Notes under the pieces: model-generated
Databases searched by the model: none
Told to the model about the DNA's origin: nothing
The model's input: the letters and a program-made list of their open reading frames with translations, nothing else
Position numbers and translations under genes: made by a program
Part shown: piece after piece, positions 1 through 9,382 of the stretch
How the letters are laid out: every line of letters starts with the position of its first letter
Position numbering within the stretch: the first letter of the stretch is position 1
NCBI GenBank assembly: GCA_963714015.1
Contig: OY970223.1
Span: forward strand, 1,504,001-1,568,000
Direction of reading: 5' to 3'
Source: Vulcanimicrobiota bacterium
Lineage (GTDB): Bacteria; Vulcanimicrobiota; Vulcanimicrobiia; Vulcanimicrobiales; Vulcanimicrobiaceae
DNA length: 64,000 bases

Positions 1-57
1 GGTTCCTTCGGTAACCGTCTCGCCCAACTGGGGCATCGTAATCGTCGTCGCCATCAT
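1..57 (-). CDS. 2-oxoacid dehydrogenase E2 (dihydrolipoamide acyltransferase), 5' end only
   Basis: Reverse strand reads MMATTITMPQLGETVTEGT, a typical lipoyl-domain N-terminus; follows E1-beta and runs off the window. Confidence 0.85.
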   Translation of the reverse strand, partial: MMATTITMPQLGETVTEGT

Positions 58-128
58 GTATCCTTATTCGTTCGTGCGATTCTGCCGATGCGGAACCCCG
101 ACCATAGGGTCCAGGCCGACAGTCGCTT

Positions 129-1133
129 TTAGAATTTCACGAGCTCGCGCATAGCGTCGGCCATCTCGGCTGGAGAAGACATGTACTCTTCCTCCAGTGG
201 GAGCGCGTAGCCCATCGCCGGGACGTCCGGTGCCGCGAGACGTCGAATCGGCGCGTCCATCTCGAAGAATGCTTCTTCCGCGACCATTGCGCTGATTTCG
301 GCGCCGATGCCGCCGAACTTGTTGTCCTCGTGAATGATGAGCAGCTTGCGCGTCTTGCGGATGCTTTCAAGAATCGTCGTGCCGTCCATCGGACGGATCG
401 AACGCAGGTCGATGACTTCGACCGACATGCCTTCGTTCTCGAGTGCGTTTGCCGCTTCGATCGCCCAATGCACGTACAAACCGTAAGACACGACCGTCAG
501 TTGTGTGCCGGCTTTTTTGACGTCGGCCTTGCCGATCGGGATCGTGTAGTGACCGTCGGGCACTTCGCCTTTGATCAGGCGATAGGTCTTCTTGTGCTCG
601 AGAAAGAGGACCGGATCCGGATCGTCGATAGCCGCATTCAGTAAGCCTTTGACGTCGGCGGGGAATGAGGGCGCCACGATCTTGAGGCCCGGAACGTGGT
701 AGAACAGCGCTTCAATCGATACGGAGTGCGAAAGCGCGCCGCGAACGCCGCCGCCGTATGGCGTGCGGATAACGAGCGGGCACGTGTATTCACCGTTGCT
801 GCGATAACGCGTCTTGGCCGCTTCGCCGACGATTTGATTGTATGCCGGGTAGATGAAGTCGGCAAACTGAATCTCGGCGATGGGCCGCAGGCCTTCCATA
901 GCCATGCCGACCGCGATACCGACGATCGACGCTTCGGCGATCGGCGTGTCGATCACGCGTTCCGGCCCGAATTCCTTGATGAAGTCCTTCGTGATCAGGA
1001 AGACGTTGCCGCGATTGCCGACGTCTTCGCCGAGTATGACCGTGCGGTCGTCGTTCTTCATCGCCTCGTACAACGTCGCGCGCACCGCTTCGACGTTGTT
1101 CAGAATCTGCGACGTGCCGGCGGCTACTGCCAT
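129..1133 (-). CDS. bkdAB: 2-oxoacid dehydrogenase E1 beta subunit (branched-chain type)
   Basis: LGEDVG, DTPIAE, EIQFADF and DPVLFLEHK motifs; start set at MAVAAG after SD GAAGGAG. Confidence 0.9.
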   Translation of the reverse strand: MAVAAGTSQILNNVEAVRATLYEAMKNDDRTVILGEDVGNRGNVFLITKDFIKEFGPERVIDTPIAEASIVGIAVGMAMEGLRPIAEIQFADFIYPAYNQIVGEAAKTRYRSNGEYTCPLVIRTPYGGGVRGALSHSVSIEALFYHVPGLKIVAPSFPADVKGLLNAAIDDPDPVLFLEHKKTYRLIKGEVPDGHYTIPIGKADVKKAGTQLTVVSYGLYVHWAIEAANALENEGMSVEVIDLRSIRPMDGTTILESIRKTRKLLIIHEDNKFGGIGAEISAMVAEEAFFEMDAPIRRLAAPDVPAMGYALPLEEEYMSSPAEMADAMRELVKF

Positions 1134-1258
1134 GGCTGCCACGCTCCTTCGTTTGAACAGGCGTATGCGCGCTCCGCGCTCCACGCCCCCCGCACGCTAA
1201 GCGCGCGGGGCCCCCGACCTTCGGTCCCCTTGCCAAGGTTGAATGTGGTCACTGCCAT
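1124..1258 (-). CDS. Putative 44-aa relay peptide 3 (MAVTTFNLG...EGAWQPWQ)
   Basis: ATG overlaps the end of peptide 2; its end overlaps the E1-beta ATG. Confidence 0.45.
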   Translation of the reverse strand: MAVTTFNLGKGTEGRGPRALSVRGAWSAERAYACSNEGAWQPWQ

Positions 1259-1383
1259 GGCTGCCACGCTTCTTCGTTTGAACAGGCGTATGCGCGCTCC
1301 GCGCTCCACGCCCCCCGCACGCTAAGCGCGCGGGGCCCCCGACCTTCGGTCCCCTTGCCAAGGTTTAATGTCGTCACTGCCAT
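1249..1383 (-). CDS. Putative 44-aa relay peptide 2 (MAVTTLNLG...EEAWQPWQ)
   Basis: SD GAAGGAG plus ATG overlapping the end of peptide 1; open to TGA at 1249. Confidence 0.45.
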   Translation of the reverse strand: MAVTTLNLGKGTEGRGPRALSVRGAWSAERAYACSNEEAWQPWQ

Positions 1384-1439
1384 GGCTGCCACGCTCCTTC
1401 GTTTGAACAGGCGTATGGGCGCTCCGCGGTCACTGCCAT
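1374..1439 (-). CDS. Putative 21-aa relay peptide 1 (MAVTAERPYACSNEGAWQPWQ)
   Basis: SD GAAGGAG plus ATG inside the last codons of E1-alpha. Confidence 0.45.
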   Translation of the reverse strand: MAVTAERPYACSNEGAWQPWQ

Positions 1440-2458
1440 GGCTGCCACGCTCCTTCGTAGAGATTCGCGTATAGTTCGGATGGGGCCGGGTAGGCCATAG
1501 TCTCGGCTTTGTCGGTCGCTTCGTTCGTTTCGCGAAGCACGTCTTTCTTGAGCGCCTCGATGCTTTGTGCGTTCAGCACGCCCGCATCGGTCAAGATGCG
1601 CTCGAAGCGCGGAACCGGATCGAACTTGCGGTTCTCCGTAACCTCGTCCTTGGTGCGGTAAGTCATGTCGTTGTCGTCGGTCGAGTGCGCCAGAAAACGA
1701 TAGCATACGCCCTCGATCAAACTCGGACCGCCGCCGCTGCGCGCGCGATCCATTGCGCGTTTCACGACGTCGTACGTCGCAATCGGATCGAATCCGTCGA
1801 ACTGCTCGCCCGGCATACCATAGCCTTCCGCGCGCTTGAAGATGTTAGGCTCCGCCATCTGCTGGTCCAGCGGCGTGGAGATCGCCCATTGATTGTTCTC
1901 GACCAGCATCACGAGCGGCAGCTTGTGAATCGACGCGAAATTCATGGACTCGTGCCACTCGCCTTCGCTCGTCGTTCCGTCGCCGCAGGTTACTAGAACG
2001 GCGCGCCCCGTTTCCTTGCGATATTTCATCGAATACGCGGCACCGACAGCGTGCGGAATGTGCGCGGCCAGAATCGAGGAAAACGACATCAGCCCGGCAC
2101 GTTTGGACGAATAGTGGTTCGGGAACTGGCGGCCGCCGTTGTGGTCGGCGGCCCGCGCGAATATGGAGAGCATGATCTCGTAAGCCGACAGACCGATGCC
2201 GGTCGCTAGGCCGAGATCGCGATAGTACGGCGCGAGTATGTCCTTGCCGCGCTCGAACGCCATTGCCGCGCCCGCCTGCAGCGCTTCGTGCCCCTCACTT
2301 CCGAGCGCAAAAGGCACCTTGCCTTGGCGGTTGAGTTGAAAGCCGCGGTTGTCCAATTGCCGCTGCAGCAGCATATTACGGAATATCGCGACCAGCTGTT
2401 CGTCGGACAGCCCATGCCGCTCCAGTGTTCCGCGCACTTGAGTATTCGTTTTTGCCAT
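1430..2458 (-). CDS. bkdAA: 2-oxoacid dehydrogenase E1 alpha subunit, copy 2
   Basis: PYYRDLG, TPP motif GDGTTSEG...NN, YRFLAHST. Confidence 0.9.
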   Translation of the reverse strand: MAKTNTQVRGTLERHGLSDEQLVAIFRNMLLQRQLDNRGFQLNRQGKVPFALGSEGHEALQAGAAMAFERGKDILAPYYRDLGLATGIGLSAYEIMLSIFARAADHNGGRQFPNHYSSKRAGLMSFSSILAAHIPHAVGAAYSMKYRKETGRAVLVTCGDGTTSEGEWHESMNFASIHKLPLVMLVENNQWAISTPLDQQMAEPNIFKRAEGYGMPGEQFDGFDPIATYDVVKRAMDRARSGGGPSLIEGVCYRFLAHSTDDNDMTYRTKDEVTENRKFDPVPRFERILTDAGVLNAQSIEALKKDVLRETNEATDKAETMAYPAPSELYANLYEGAWQPWQ

Positions 2459-2478
2459 ATGTCACGTTTCCTGAGCTG

Positions 2479-3504
2479 TTACTGCCATGGTTTCCACGAG
2501 TTCGCGTAGACGTCCGTGTAGAGAGCCGCGGTCTCGGGATACGGCATTGCTTCCGCCCTGTCCGTGGCTTCGTTCGCCTCGGCCAGTACGGATGACTTCA
2601 CGGACTCCGCCTGCGCCTCGGTGATCACGCCGCGCTCCACCAACAAGCGTTCGAACTTCGGGACGGGATCGTCTTTTCTCCGGGTGGCGACTTCTTCGCG
2701 CGAACGATAGGTTCGGTCGTCGTCGTCGGTCGTGTGCGCAAGAAAGCGGTAGCACTTGGCTTCGACTAAAGTCGGTCCGCCGCCGTGCCGCGCGCGGTCC
2801 ATCGCGTCCTTTACCGTCGCATATACTGCGAGCGGATCGAAGCCGTCTACGCGCATACCGGGAATGCCGTATCCGGCAGCGCGCTTATAAATATCCGGCT
2901 GACCCATTTGCCCTGAGAGCGGCGTGCTGATAGCCCACTCGTTGTTCTCGCACAGAAAGACTACCGGCAGCTTGTGGACGCTCGCGAAATTGAGCGACTC
3001 GTGCCATTCCCCCTCGCTCGTAGCACCGTCCCCGAACGTGGTCAAGACGGCGCGGCCGTGCGCTTTGCGCAATTTGAGCGCGTATGCGGCGCCGACGGCA
3101 TGCGACGTCTGCGCGGCGATGATGGAGCTGATGGTGTACATTCCCAGCCTCTTGCTGGCGTAGTGATGCGGAAACTGACGTCCGGCGCTATGGTCGCCGG
3201 CTCGGGCGAAAAGCGAGAGGAGGACCTCGTAAGGAGTTAACCCGACGCCAAGCTCGAGGCCCAGATCCCGATAATAGGGGACCAGGATGTCCTTGCCGCG
3301 CTCGAACGCCATGGCTGCGCCCGCTTGAACGGCCTCATGACCTTCGCCGGCTGAAGCGAACGGGATTTTGCCTTGCCGGTTCAGTTCGAAGCCGCGCCCT
3401 TCTAAACGGCGGTGCGTAAGCATGATGCGCCAAATTGCGATCAACTGCTCGTCGGTCAAACCGTGCCGTTCGAATTGGACGCCGGAAGCAGCTTTGGAGG
3501 TCAC
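2479..3504 (-). CDS. bkdAA: 2-oxoacid dehydrogenase E1 alpha subunit, copy 1
   Basis: PYYRDLG, GDGATSEG...NN, YRFLAHTT; paralog of the adjacent gene. Confidence 0.9.
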   Translation of the reverse strand: MTSKAASGVQFERHGLTDEQLIAIWRIMLTHRRLEGRGFELNRQGKIPFASAGEGHEAVQAGAAMAFERGKDILVPYYRDLGLELGVGLTPYEVLLSLFARAGDHSAGRQFPHHYASKRLGMYTISSIIAAQTSHAVGAAYALKLRKAHGRAVLTTFGDGATSEGEWHESLNFASVHKLPVVFLCENNEWAISTPLSGQMGQPDIYKRAAGYGIPGMRVDGFDPLAVYATVKDAMDRARHGGGPTLVEAKCYRFLAHTTDDDDRTYRSREEVATRRKDDPVPKFERLLVERGVITEAQAESVKSSVLAEANEATDRAEAMPYPETAALYTDVYANSWKPWQ

Positions 3505-3607
3505 GGTCCGTAGGTCACGCGCATCTGCACGCGAATCCTGCCCGGATTACATGCGCCCCTCGGGCAAGCGAGTTCACGGCCCGTAGGGGCGTGCCGATAC
3601 AGTTTGG

Positions 3608-5395
3608 GTGTTAGCTGAAGTGCATCAGGACTATCAGGTTCGGCGGCTCTCGATGCTGCGGGCGTACCGCATTCTGGAGACGCCCCAGGATTCGCGCTAC
3701 GACGGAATTACGGAACTGGCCGCCCGCCTGGCCGATGCGCCCAAGGCCCTTCTAGCCTTTGTGGACGACGAGCGCGTCTGGGTAAAGTCCGCCTTCGGCT
3801 GTGAACTCAAGGGCGACCAGCCCGGATTACTAGACTTTCTGACATCCGAAGACGGCCGTCGCATTGCGCTGCCTGCAGCTTCGCGTGACAAACGGCTTGC
3901 GCGTTATCCGTTCATCAAGGCGCTCGTTGCCGTTCCGCTGGTCACGCCGTCCGGCCACGCGATCGGCTATCTCGCTGCGTTCGACGGCGTTGAAAGAGCC
4001 GATTTCGACAATGCACGCGCCGATGCGCTGCAAGCGCTGGCAAAGCAAACCGTCGATCTGCTCGAGCACGACGCCGCAAAGCGTGCCATTACGCTGCGCG
4101 ACGAAGAAGTCTCGCGTTTGGAGTCCCGTATCGCGCGTTTGCAGGCAGCCGATCCCGCGCCGATGGCCATGCCGTGCTCCTTGTTTCTGGATCGTCTCTC
4201 GAAAACGCTGTCCGTTTGTCCTACCAAAGCCGCGCTGCTCTTCATCGATATTCACGCATTCACGCGCGTCAATATCGCGTACGGCCGCGATGCGGGCGAC
4301 GATGCTCTGCGTGAGACCGCCGCTCGGATACGCGAGTGTATCGGCAGCCGCGACACGTTCACGCGGCGTGATGCGGATCATTTTGCAATTCTCGTCGACG
4401 AATTCGATCCGGTCGCGGCAGCGCGGCTGCGAGCGCGTTTGGAAGAGCCGTTGACCGCCCAGAGTGTGCGGGGCGTGCATCTCTCCGTTCGCATCGGCGG
4501 AGTGCACTTGCGGCAAACGGCGGCTGACGAACGCCCGGATCGCGTGCTGCAGCTCGCCGAACGCGCCGCGGCCGATTCGATCGGTTCCGTCGCGTTCGCC
4601 ACCGCAGCGCACCGCGAAAGCGTTCTTTCGAGCGATGCCGTGCTCATGCGCCTGGTTGCCGCGGTGGAACAAGGTTCGATCGACCTGCATTATCAGCCGC
4701 TCGTCGAAGCGCAAACGGAACGGTTTATCGGATTCGAAGCGTTGGCTCGCTGGACGTTGCCCGAAGGCATGCGGGTTGAACCCGCCCAGTTCATGGAACT
4801 TGCCGATCGCTACGGCCAAGCATTCCCTTTAGGTGAGCAGCTGCTGCGCAAAGCTTGTTCGGCCTGCTGCGAGTTCGTAGGAGTCGATCCGGATTTCGTT
4901 TTGCACGTCAACGTCTCGCCGGTGCAGCTCTCTCATCCGCTTTTCGAAGTCTGCGTCAACGACGCGCTGCGCCTAAGCGGCATGCCTGCGAAAAACCTGT
5001 GCCTCGAGATTACCGAAGCAGCGGTCGCACAGCCGGAGATCATCGGACCGAAAATGGCGCGGTTGCGCCAAAGCGGCTTGCGCTTTGCGCTCGACGACTT
5101 CGGAATGGGATACTCCTCACTCAGCCACGTGAGGCGCCTGCCCGTCGACGCGCTCAAGATCGACCGCTTCTTCGTAAGCGGCGCCGGCGACGAGATCGCC
5201 GATCCTCCGATCGCGCGGACCGTTACGACGCTCGCCAAGGAGCTCGGTTTGATCGTTGTCGCGGAAGGCGTCGAGACCGAGCAGCAAGCCGCGTTTTTGC
5301 GAGGGCTAGGCTGTGATGTGCTGCAAGGCTACTATTTCGGACGCCCCGCCCCGATTTCGCCCGCCGGCGCAAACTTGGGCCGGCGGGCGAAATGA
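3608..5395 (+). CDS. GAF + degenerate GGDEF + EAL protein (probable c-di-GMP phosphodiesterase)
   Basis: N-terminal GAF (YRILETPQD); DADHF in place of GGDEF; FEALARW, DDFGMGYSS and VAEGVE motifs. Confidence 0.85.
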   Translation: MLAEVHQDYQVRRLSMLRAYRILETPQDSRYDGITELAARLADAPKALLAFVDDERVWVKSAFGCELKGDQPGLLDFLTSEDGRRIALPAASRDKRLARYPFIKALVAVPLVTPSGHAIGYLAAFDGVERADFDNARADALQALAKQTVDLLEHDAAKRAITLRDEEVSRLESRIARLQAADPAPMAMPCSLFLDRLSKTLSVCPTKAALLFIDIHAFTRVNIAYGRDAGDDALRETAARIRECIGSRDTFTRRDADHFAILVDEFDPVAAARLRARLEEPLTAQSVRGVHLSVRIGGVHLRQTAADERPDRVLQLAERAAADSIGSVAFATAAHRESVLSSDAVLMRLVAAVEQGSIDLHYQPLVEAQTERFIGFEALARWTLPEGMRVEPAQFMELADRYGQAFPLGEQLLRKACSACCEFVGVDPDFVLHVNVSPVQLSHPLFEVCVNDALRLSGMPAKNLCLEITEAAVAQPEIIGPKMARLRQSGLRFALDDFGMGYSSLSHVRRLPVDALKIDRFFVSGAGDEIADPPIARTVTTLAKELGLIVVAEGVETEQQAAFLRGLGCDVLQGYYFGRPAPISPAGANLGRRAK

Positions 5396-5423
5396 GCCGG
5401 CTCTCCGCGCGTGCCGAAAGCGG

Positions 5424-6944
5424 CTACTGCATGAGCGACTTCATGTAAAGCATATGACTCGAATAGTCGAAGATCAGATCGAAATTCGAGAGCATATTTC
5501 GCCCGATTAACCCGTCATAATCGGTATCCTCAAACCGGTTGCTCTGCGCGACCATGACCGAGGCGTCCGCGAATTCCATACTGCCGATTGCGAAGCGGCT
5601 GAACGTGTACTTTCGAAAGTCGACGCGCTGTCCCGCGACACCCTCCACTTGACCCAGAACGTCTCCTTGCCCGTTCGGCTTAAACCGGTGAAAATAATGA
5701 TCGTAAAGCATCGTATCATCGGCTCCTAAATCGATCACGAACGCACCAGCGACGCCGTTGAACTCCGCGCGAGCCCGAGGCACCAAGTCGTCAGTTTGGA
5801 TTGGAACCCCGACCCAAGGCGCGGTCATCGGAGAAGCTGACGGAGCAAGCATTTCCAACCGGTTTTGGGCAAAATCGACCGCGATCCGAGCACTCGAGAA
5901 GAAGTCGCCTCCGAGCAAACCCACCACTTTTCTATCGCCCAGCATTCGAGTAAAGGGAATTGCTAGAGCTGCGACGTCGTTTGCGTGCAGATCGCCCAGA
6001 GCCAGCTCCGGAAATCGCGTGCGTCCCTCCGAATAGTCGCCGCCGAAAGACGCCTTACGGACGTCTGCAATACGCAATCCCAGCTGCTGCGCTACACCGG
6101 AATCGATCACGATACCGGAGGATCCCGAGTCCAACTGAAAGTCCAAGCCGCGATTTCCGACGGTTACCCGAACGATGATTCCGCGATCGGTAAAGTCCGC
6201 CGGTACCTCGACCGAGCTGCGGCCGCCGAGATCGAAGACCGGCCGGCTTGGTGGGATCGCGAAGTTTACCGAGGAGGGACTGACCGGTTCGAACGTTTGT
6301 ACGCGAGCCGTCCAGGCATTTTCCGGCTCAGCGTCGGCATACGAGATGCTTGACGCGTACGTAACCCCGTATTGCTTGCGATAATCGCCGTACGTGTAGG
6401 AGTATTGCCGGCCGTCGTACCCGGTGGTTTCGACCCGATGGAGCAGAAACGTGGAAGCATCGTAGTAACGCCTCTGCAGTAACCCGCTAAGCGGTTTAAG
6501 TTCGAGCACGACGTAGGCGGGATCGCCGGTCGTAATCCCGAGCACGTGTATGTCCGACTGCGCAGAGCTCGCGTTTTCGATCGCGTTTCTGAACGGATTT
6601 TCGATCGTATGGAAGTCGTCGGTGAGCATGACGGTGCCGTTTGCGTCCCGATCCCAAGAAATGCCGTGATACGATCCCGATGCGGTCTCGAATCCGCCGT
6701 CATCCACTTTTTCAACGTTGTCCTGGTCGTCTTGATAACTGTCGGTTTGCCAGGTGTCACCATTCGCACCCGTCGATTGCACAACGCGGTGATAGACGCC
6801 GCGGACTACCTCTCCGCGCGCAGCGGACGCCTTGGATAATACTTGAGCCGGGGTCATCGACGTGGGCGCGTAGGTTTCGTCGGCTTGCGCAACGGAACAC
6901 GCAAAAGCCGCCGCAATCAAAGACCCGGTAAACCAGAACTTCAT
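5424..6944 (-). CDS. Secreted protein with two retropepsin-like aspartyl protease domains
   Basis: Signal peptide; LDSGS...GLLGGDF and IDLGA...GLIGRNML. Confidence 0.75.
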   Translation of the reverse strand: MKFWFTGSLIAAAFACSVAQADETYAPTSMTPAQVLSKASAARGEVVRGVYHRVVQSTGANGDTWQTDSYQDDQDNVEKVDDGGFETASGSYHGISWDRDANGTVMLTDDFHTIENPFRNAIENASSAQSDIHVLGITTGDPAYVVLELKPLSGLLQRRYYDASTFLLHRVETTGYDGRQYSYTYGDYRKQYGVTYASSISYADAEPENAWTARVQTFEPVSPSSVNFAIPPSRPVFDLGGRSSVEVPADFTDRGIIVRVTVGNRGLDFQLDSGSSGIVIDSGVAQQLGLRIADVRKASFGGDYSEGRTRFPELALGDLHANDVAALAIPFTRMLGDRKVVGLLGGDFFSSARIAVDFAQNRLEMLAPSASPMTAPWVGVPIQTDDLVPRARAEFNGVAGAFVIDLGADDTMLYDHYFHRFKPNGQGDVLGQVEGVAGQRVDFRKYTFSRFAIGSMEFADASVMVAQSNRFEDTDYDGLIGRNMLSNFDLIFDYSSHMLYMKSLMQ

Positions 6945-6996
6945 ACCGGCAAATTCAGTGCGAAGCGCCCGCGGCCCCGCTCAAACGCACGATTTT

Positions 6997-7971
6997 TCAG
7001 CGCTGAGGGCGCAGAATTCGAGCGGCCGTGAGCGTGCCGTAGATCAACGCCAGACCGCAGCCGACGACCGCGGCCGTAAACCCGGTTACGATCGACACCG
7101 AACCGGGCGCGCTGGTAAAGATATCCAGCCCTCCGGATCCGCGCGGAAAGCCCGGGAGTAAATAGGGAAAGATCGTTTCGGCGGCGCTCGCGACGATAGC
7201 CGCGAGGAAGATCGAAGATCCCCCGAACTTGCCCAGAGCGCTCGGTATAAAACGGACAGCGGCCAAAGAAACGAGCGCGCACACCGGCGCAATCGCCGAA
7301 AGCAGGCCGATCGAAATAGTGTGAATCCGCATCGTCGAAATGGTGACTGCGAGGTAGAGCGCAAGCGCCGCGAACCAGAGCGCATCGCGTGATTTGCCGG
7401 CACGCGCCGCAACCGCCGGATCGTCTATTCGCAGCACCGCGTATGCGCTCCCATGCATCGCCAGCGCGGCGACCGCCAGTAAACCGACGGCCGCGGCGTA
7501 GGGATTCAACAAGAAGCCGAACGTGCCGTTGAAGTAGCCGGCCGCATCGAGCGGCACGCCGCGCACGATATTTCCCAGTGCCAGACCGAAGAGCAGCGCC
7601 AGCAGCGCGCTTGAAAGAAACAATACCGCGTCCCAAAAGCCGCGCCAAAGTTCCGAAGGGAAGTGATTGCGCAGTTCCATTGCCATGCCGCGCCCCATCA
7701 GCAGCCACAGCACGATGATGAACGGAAGATAGAAACCGCTGAACGAGGCGGCGTACGCCTTCGGAAAGATTGCGAACAGCGTCGCGGCAGCGGCGATCAG
7801 CACGACTTCGTTGCCGTTCCAGAAGGGCGCGATCGCCGTCAGCGAGGCGGCGCGCTCGCGGTCCGTTCTTGCAAAGAAAAGATACGCGGTTCCGAGCCCC
7901 AAATCCCAGCCGTCGAGTACGACGTACGCCGCGAGCATTGCCGCGATCAAGACGAAAGCGGCGACGTTCAT
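6997..7971 (-). CDS. cydB: Cytochrome bd oxidase subunit II
   Basis: LDGWDLGLG and PFWNGNEV motifs; multiple TM segments. Confidence 0.92.
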   Translation of the reverse strand: MNVAAFVLIAAMLAAYVVLDGWDLGLGTAYLFFARTDRERAASLTAIAPFWNGNEVVLIAAAATLFAIFPKAYAASFSGFYLPFIIVLWLLMGRGMAMELRNHFPSELWRGFWDAVLFLSSALLALLFGLALGNIVRGVPLDAAGYFNGTFGFLLNPYAAAVGLLAVAALAMHGSAYAVLRIDDPAVAARAGKSRDALWFAALALYLAVTISTMRIHTISIGLLSAIAPVCALVSLAAVRFIPSALGKFGGSSIFLAAIVASAAETIFPYLLPGFPRGSGGLDIFTSAPGSVSIVTGFTAAVVGCGLALIYGTLTAARILRPQR

Positions 7972-9281
7972 GCGACGCCCTCGCCTATCTCACGAAGGAC
8001 CAAGACCAAGAAGAGCACGCCGAGCAAAAAGTAAATGCCGGTAAAGCCGATGGCGGTGAATATTGCTTCGCCCGCAGCCACGTTCGGCGAGCCGCCTTGT
8101 GCCGTTCGCATAAGGCCGTAGATGATCCATGGCTGGCGGCCGACCTCGGTCGTTACCCAGCCGGCTTCGTTTGCGACGTACGGAAAGGGCATCGCCAGCA
8201 TCAGCGCCCACAGGAGTGCGCGGCTTGCGTAGAGTCGGCCGAAAATCAGCAGCAGCGCCGACCCGCCCATGATCGCGATGAAGATCGTCCCAAGGCCAAC
8301 CATGATGTGGTAGGCATAGTACGTCAGCTCCACCGGAGGGCGCAGTTCCTTCGGATAGGACGTCAGCCCTTGGACGTTTGCCGTAAAATTGCCGTAGGCA
8401 AGAAAACTCAGGAGATCCGGAACGTAGACGGGATCGATGAGCGCGCTATGCTGAACGTCCGGCATGCCGATAATCGCGAGCGGGGCGCCGCGTTCGTTGT
8501 GGAACAGTCCTTCCATTGCCGCAAGCTTCACGGGCTGCGAGTGCGTCACGTCGGCACCGTTGCGATCGCCCGTGGGAAAAACGGCGATCAGCGATCCGGC
8601 CAACCCCGCGGCAACGCCGGCCCGGACGAAGCGTCTCCCAAAATCCGGCTCCCGCCCGCTGAGCAAATAATACGCGCCCACGCCGGCGACGATGAAACTG
8701 CCGGCGACGAACGCGCCCGTCATTACGTGCGCGTACTGCCACCAGGCGAACGGCGAGAGCAGCACCGTGCCGATGGATTTAAGCACCAGCACGCCGTTCG
8801 GTCCGACGGCGTAGCCCACCGGATGCTGCATAAACGCATCGGTAACGACGATGAAGAAACCCGAGAGCCACGATCCGATCCAGAGCATGACGGCGGAGAG
8901 CGCATAAAATCCGGGCCTGACCGTATCGCGGGCGTAGATAAAAACGCCGAGAAACACCGACTCGAGTAAGAAAGCGAAGACGCTCTCCATCATCAGCGGC
9001 TGACCGACGATCGCTCCGGCAGCGGTCGAAAACGCCGCCCAATTGGTTCCGAACTGAAACTCCATCGGAATACCGGTGACGACGCCCGCCGCAAAATTTA
9101 TCGTGAAGATCTTCGTGAAGAAACGAGCCGCGCGCATTGCGTCGGGATCGCCGGTTCGAACGCTCGTCACGGCGAAGTAGGCGATGAACGGCGCAAGGCC
9201 CATCGTTCCGATCGGGAAGAGATAGTGGAACATGATCGTGAACGCGAATTGGATCCGATCGGCCAGTATCGCACTCTGCAT
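7968..9281 (-). CDS. cydA: Cytochrome bd oxidase subunit I
   Basis: RIQFAFTIMFH, MEFQFGTNW, QPVKLAAMEG, EVGRQPW; start at MQSAIL. Confidence 0.95.
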   Translation of the reverse strand: MQSAILADRIQFAFTIMFHYLFPIGTMGLAPFIAYFAVTSVRTGDPDAMRAARFFTKIFTINFAAGVVTGIPMEFQFGTNWAAFSTAAGAIVGQPLMMESVFAFLLESVFLGVFIYARDTVRPGFYALSAVMLWIGSWLSGFFIVVTDAFMQHPVGYAVGPNGVLVLKSIGTVLLSPFAWWQYAHVMTGAFVAGSFIVAGVGAYYLLSGREPDFGRRFVRAGVAAGLAGSLIAVFPTGDRNGADVTHSQPVKLAAMEGLFHNERGAPLAIIGMPDVQHSALIDPVYVPDLLSFLAYGNFTANVQGLTSYPKELRPPVELTYYAYHIMVGLGTIFIAIMGGSALLLIFGRLYASRALLWALMLAMPFPYVANEAGWVTTEVGRQPWIIYGLMRTAQGGSPNVAAGEAIFTAIGFTGIYFLLGVLFLVLVLREIGEGVA

Positions 9282-9382
9282 CGCGACCCTCCGCAGATTA
9301 CGGTAGACCCGCGCGCCTAGCGGCACCTCCTGCTTAAGTCGCTCCAGGTCCGTCCGAACTGCGGCGAGAAGCGGCTCGGCAC

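Larger units (their letters stand above)
1126..1458. repeat. Tandem repeat of the E1-alpha/E1-beta junction: two 125-bp units plus one 56-bp unit, containing a GC hairpin
   Basis: ACTGCCATGGCTGCCACGCT(C/T)CTTCGT at 1126, 1251, 1376 and 1432; units 1126-1250 and 1251-1375 are near-identical. Confidence 0.95.

Noticed and set aside
1126..1458. Repeat array as CRISPR
   Set aside because: Intervening sequences are copies of each other, lengths are irregular, the repeat is the gene junction itself, and no cas genes are present
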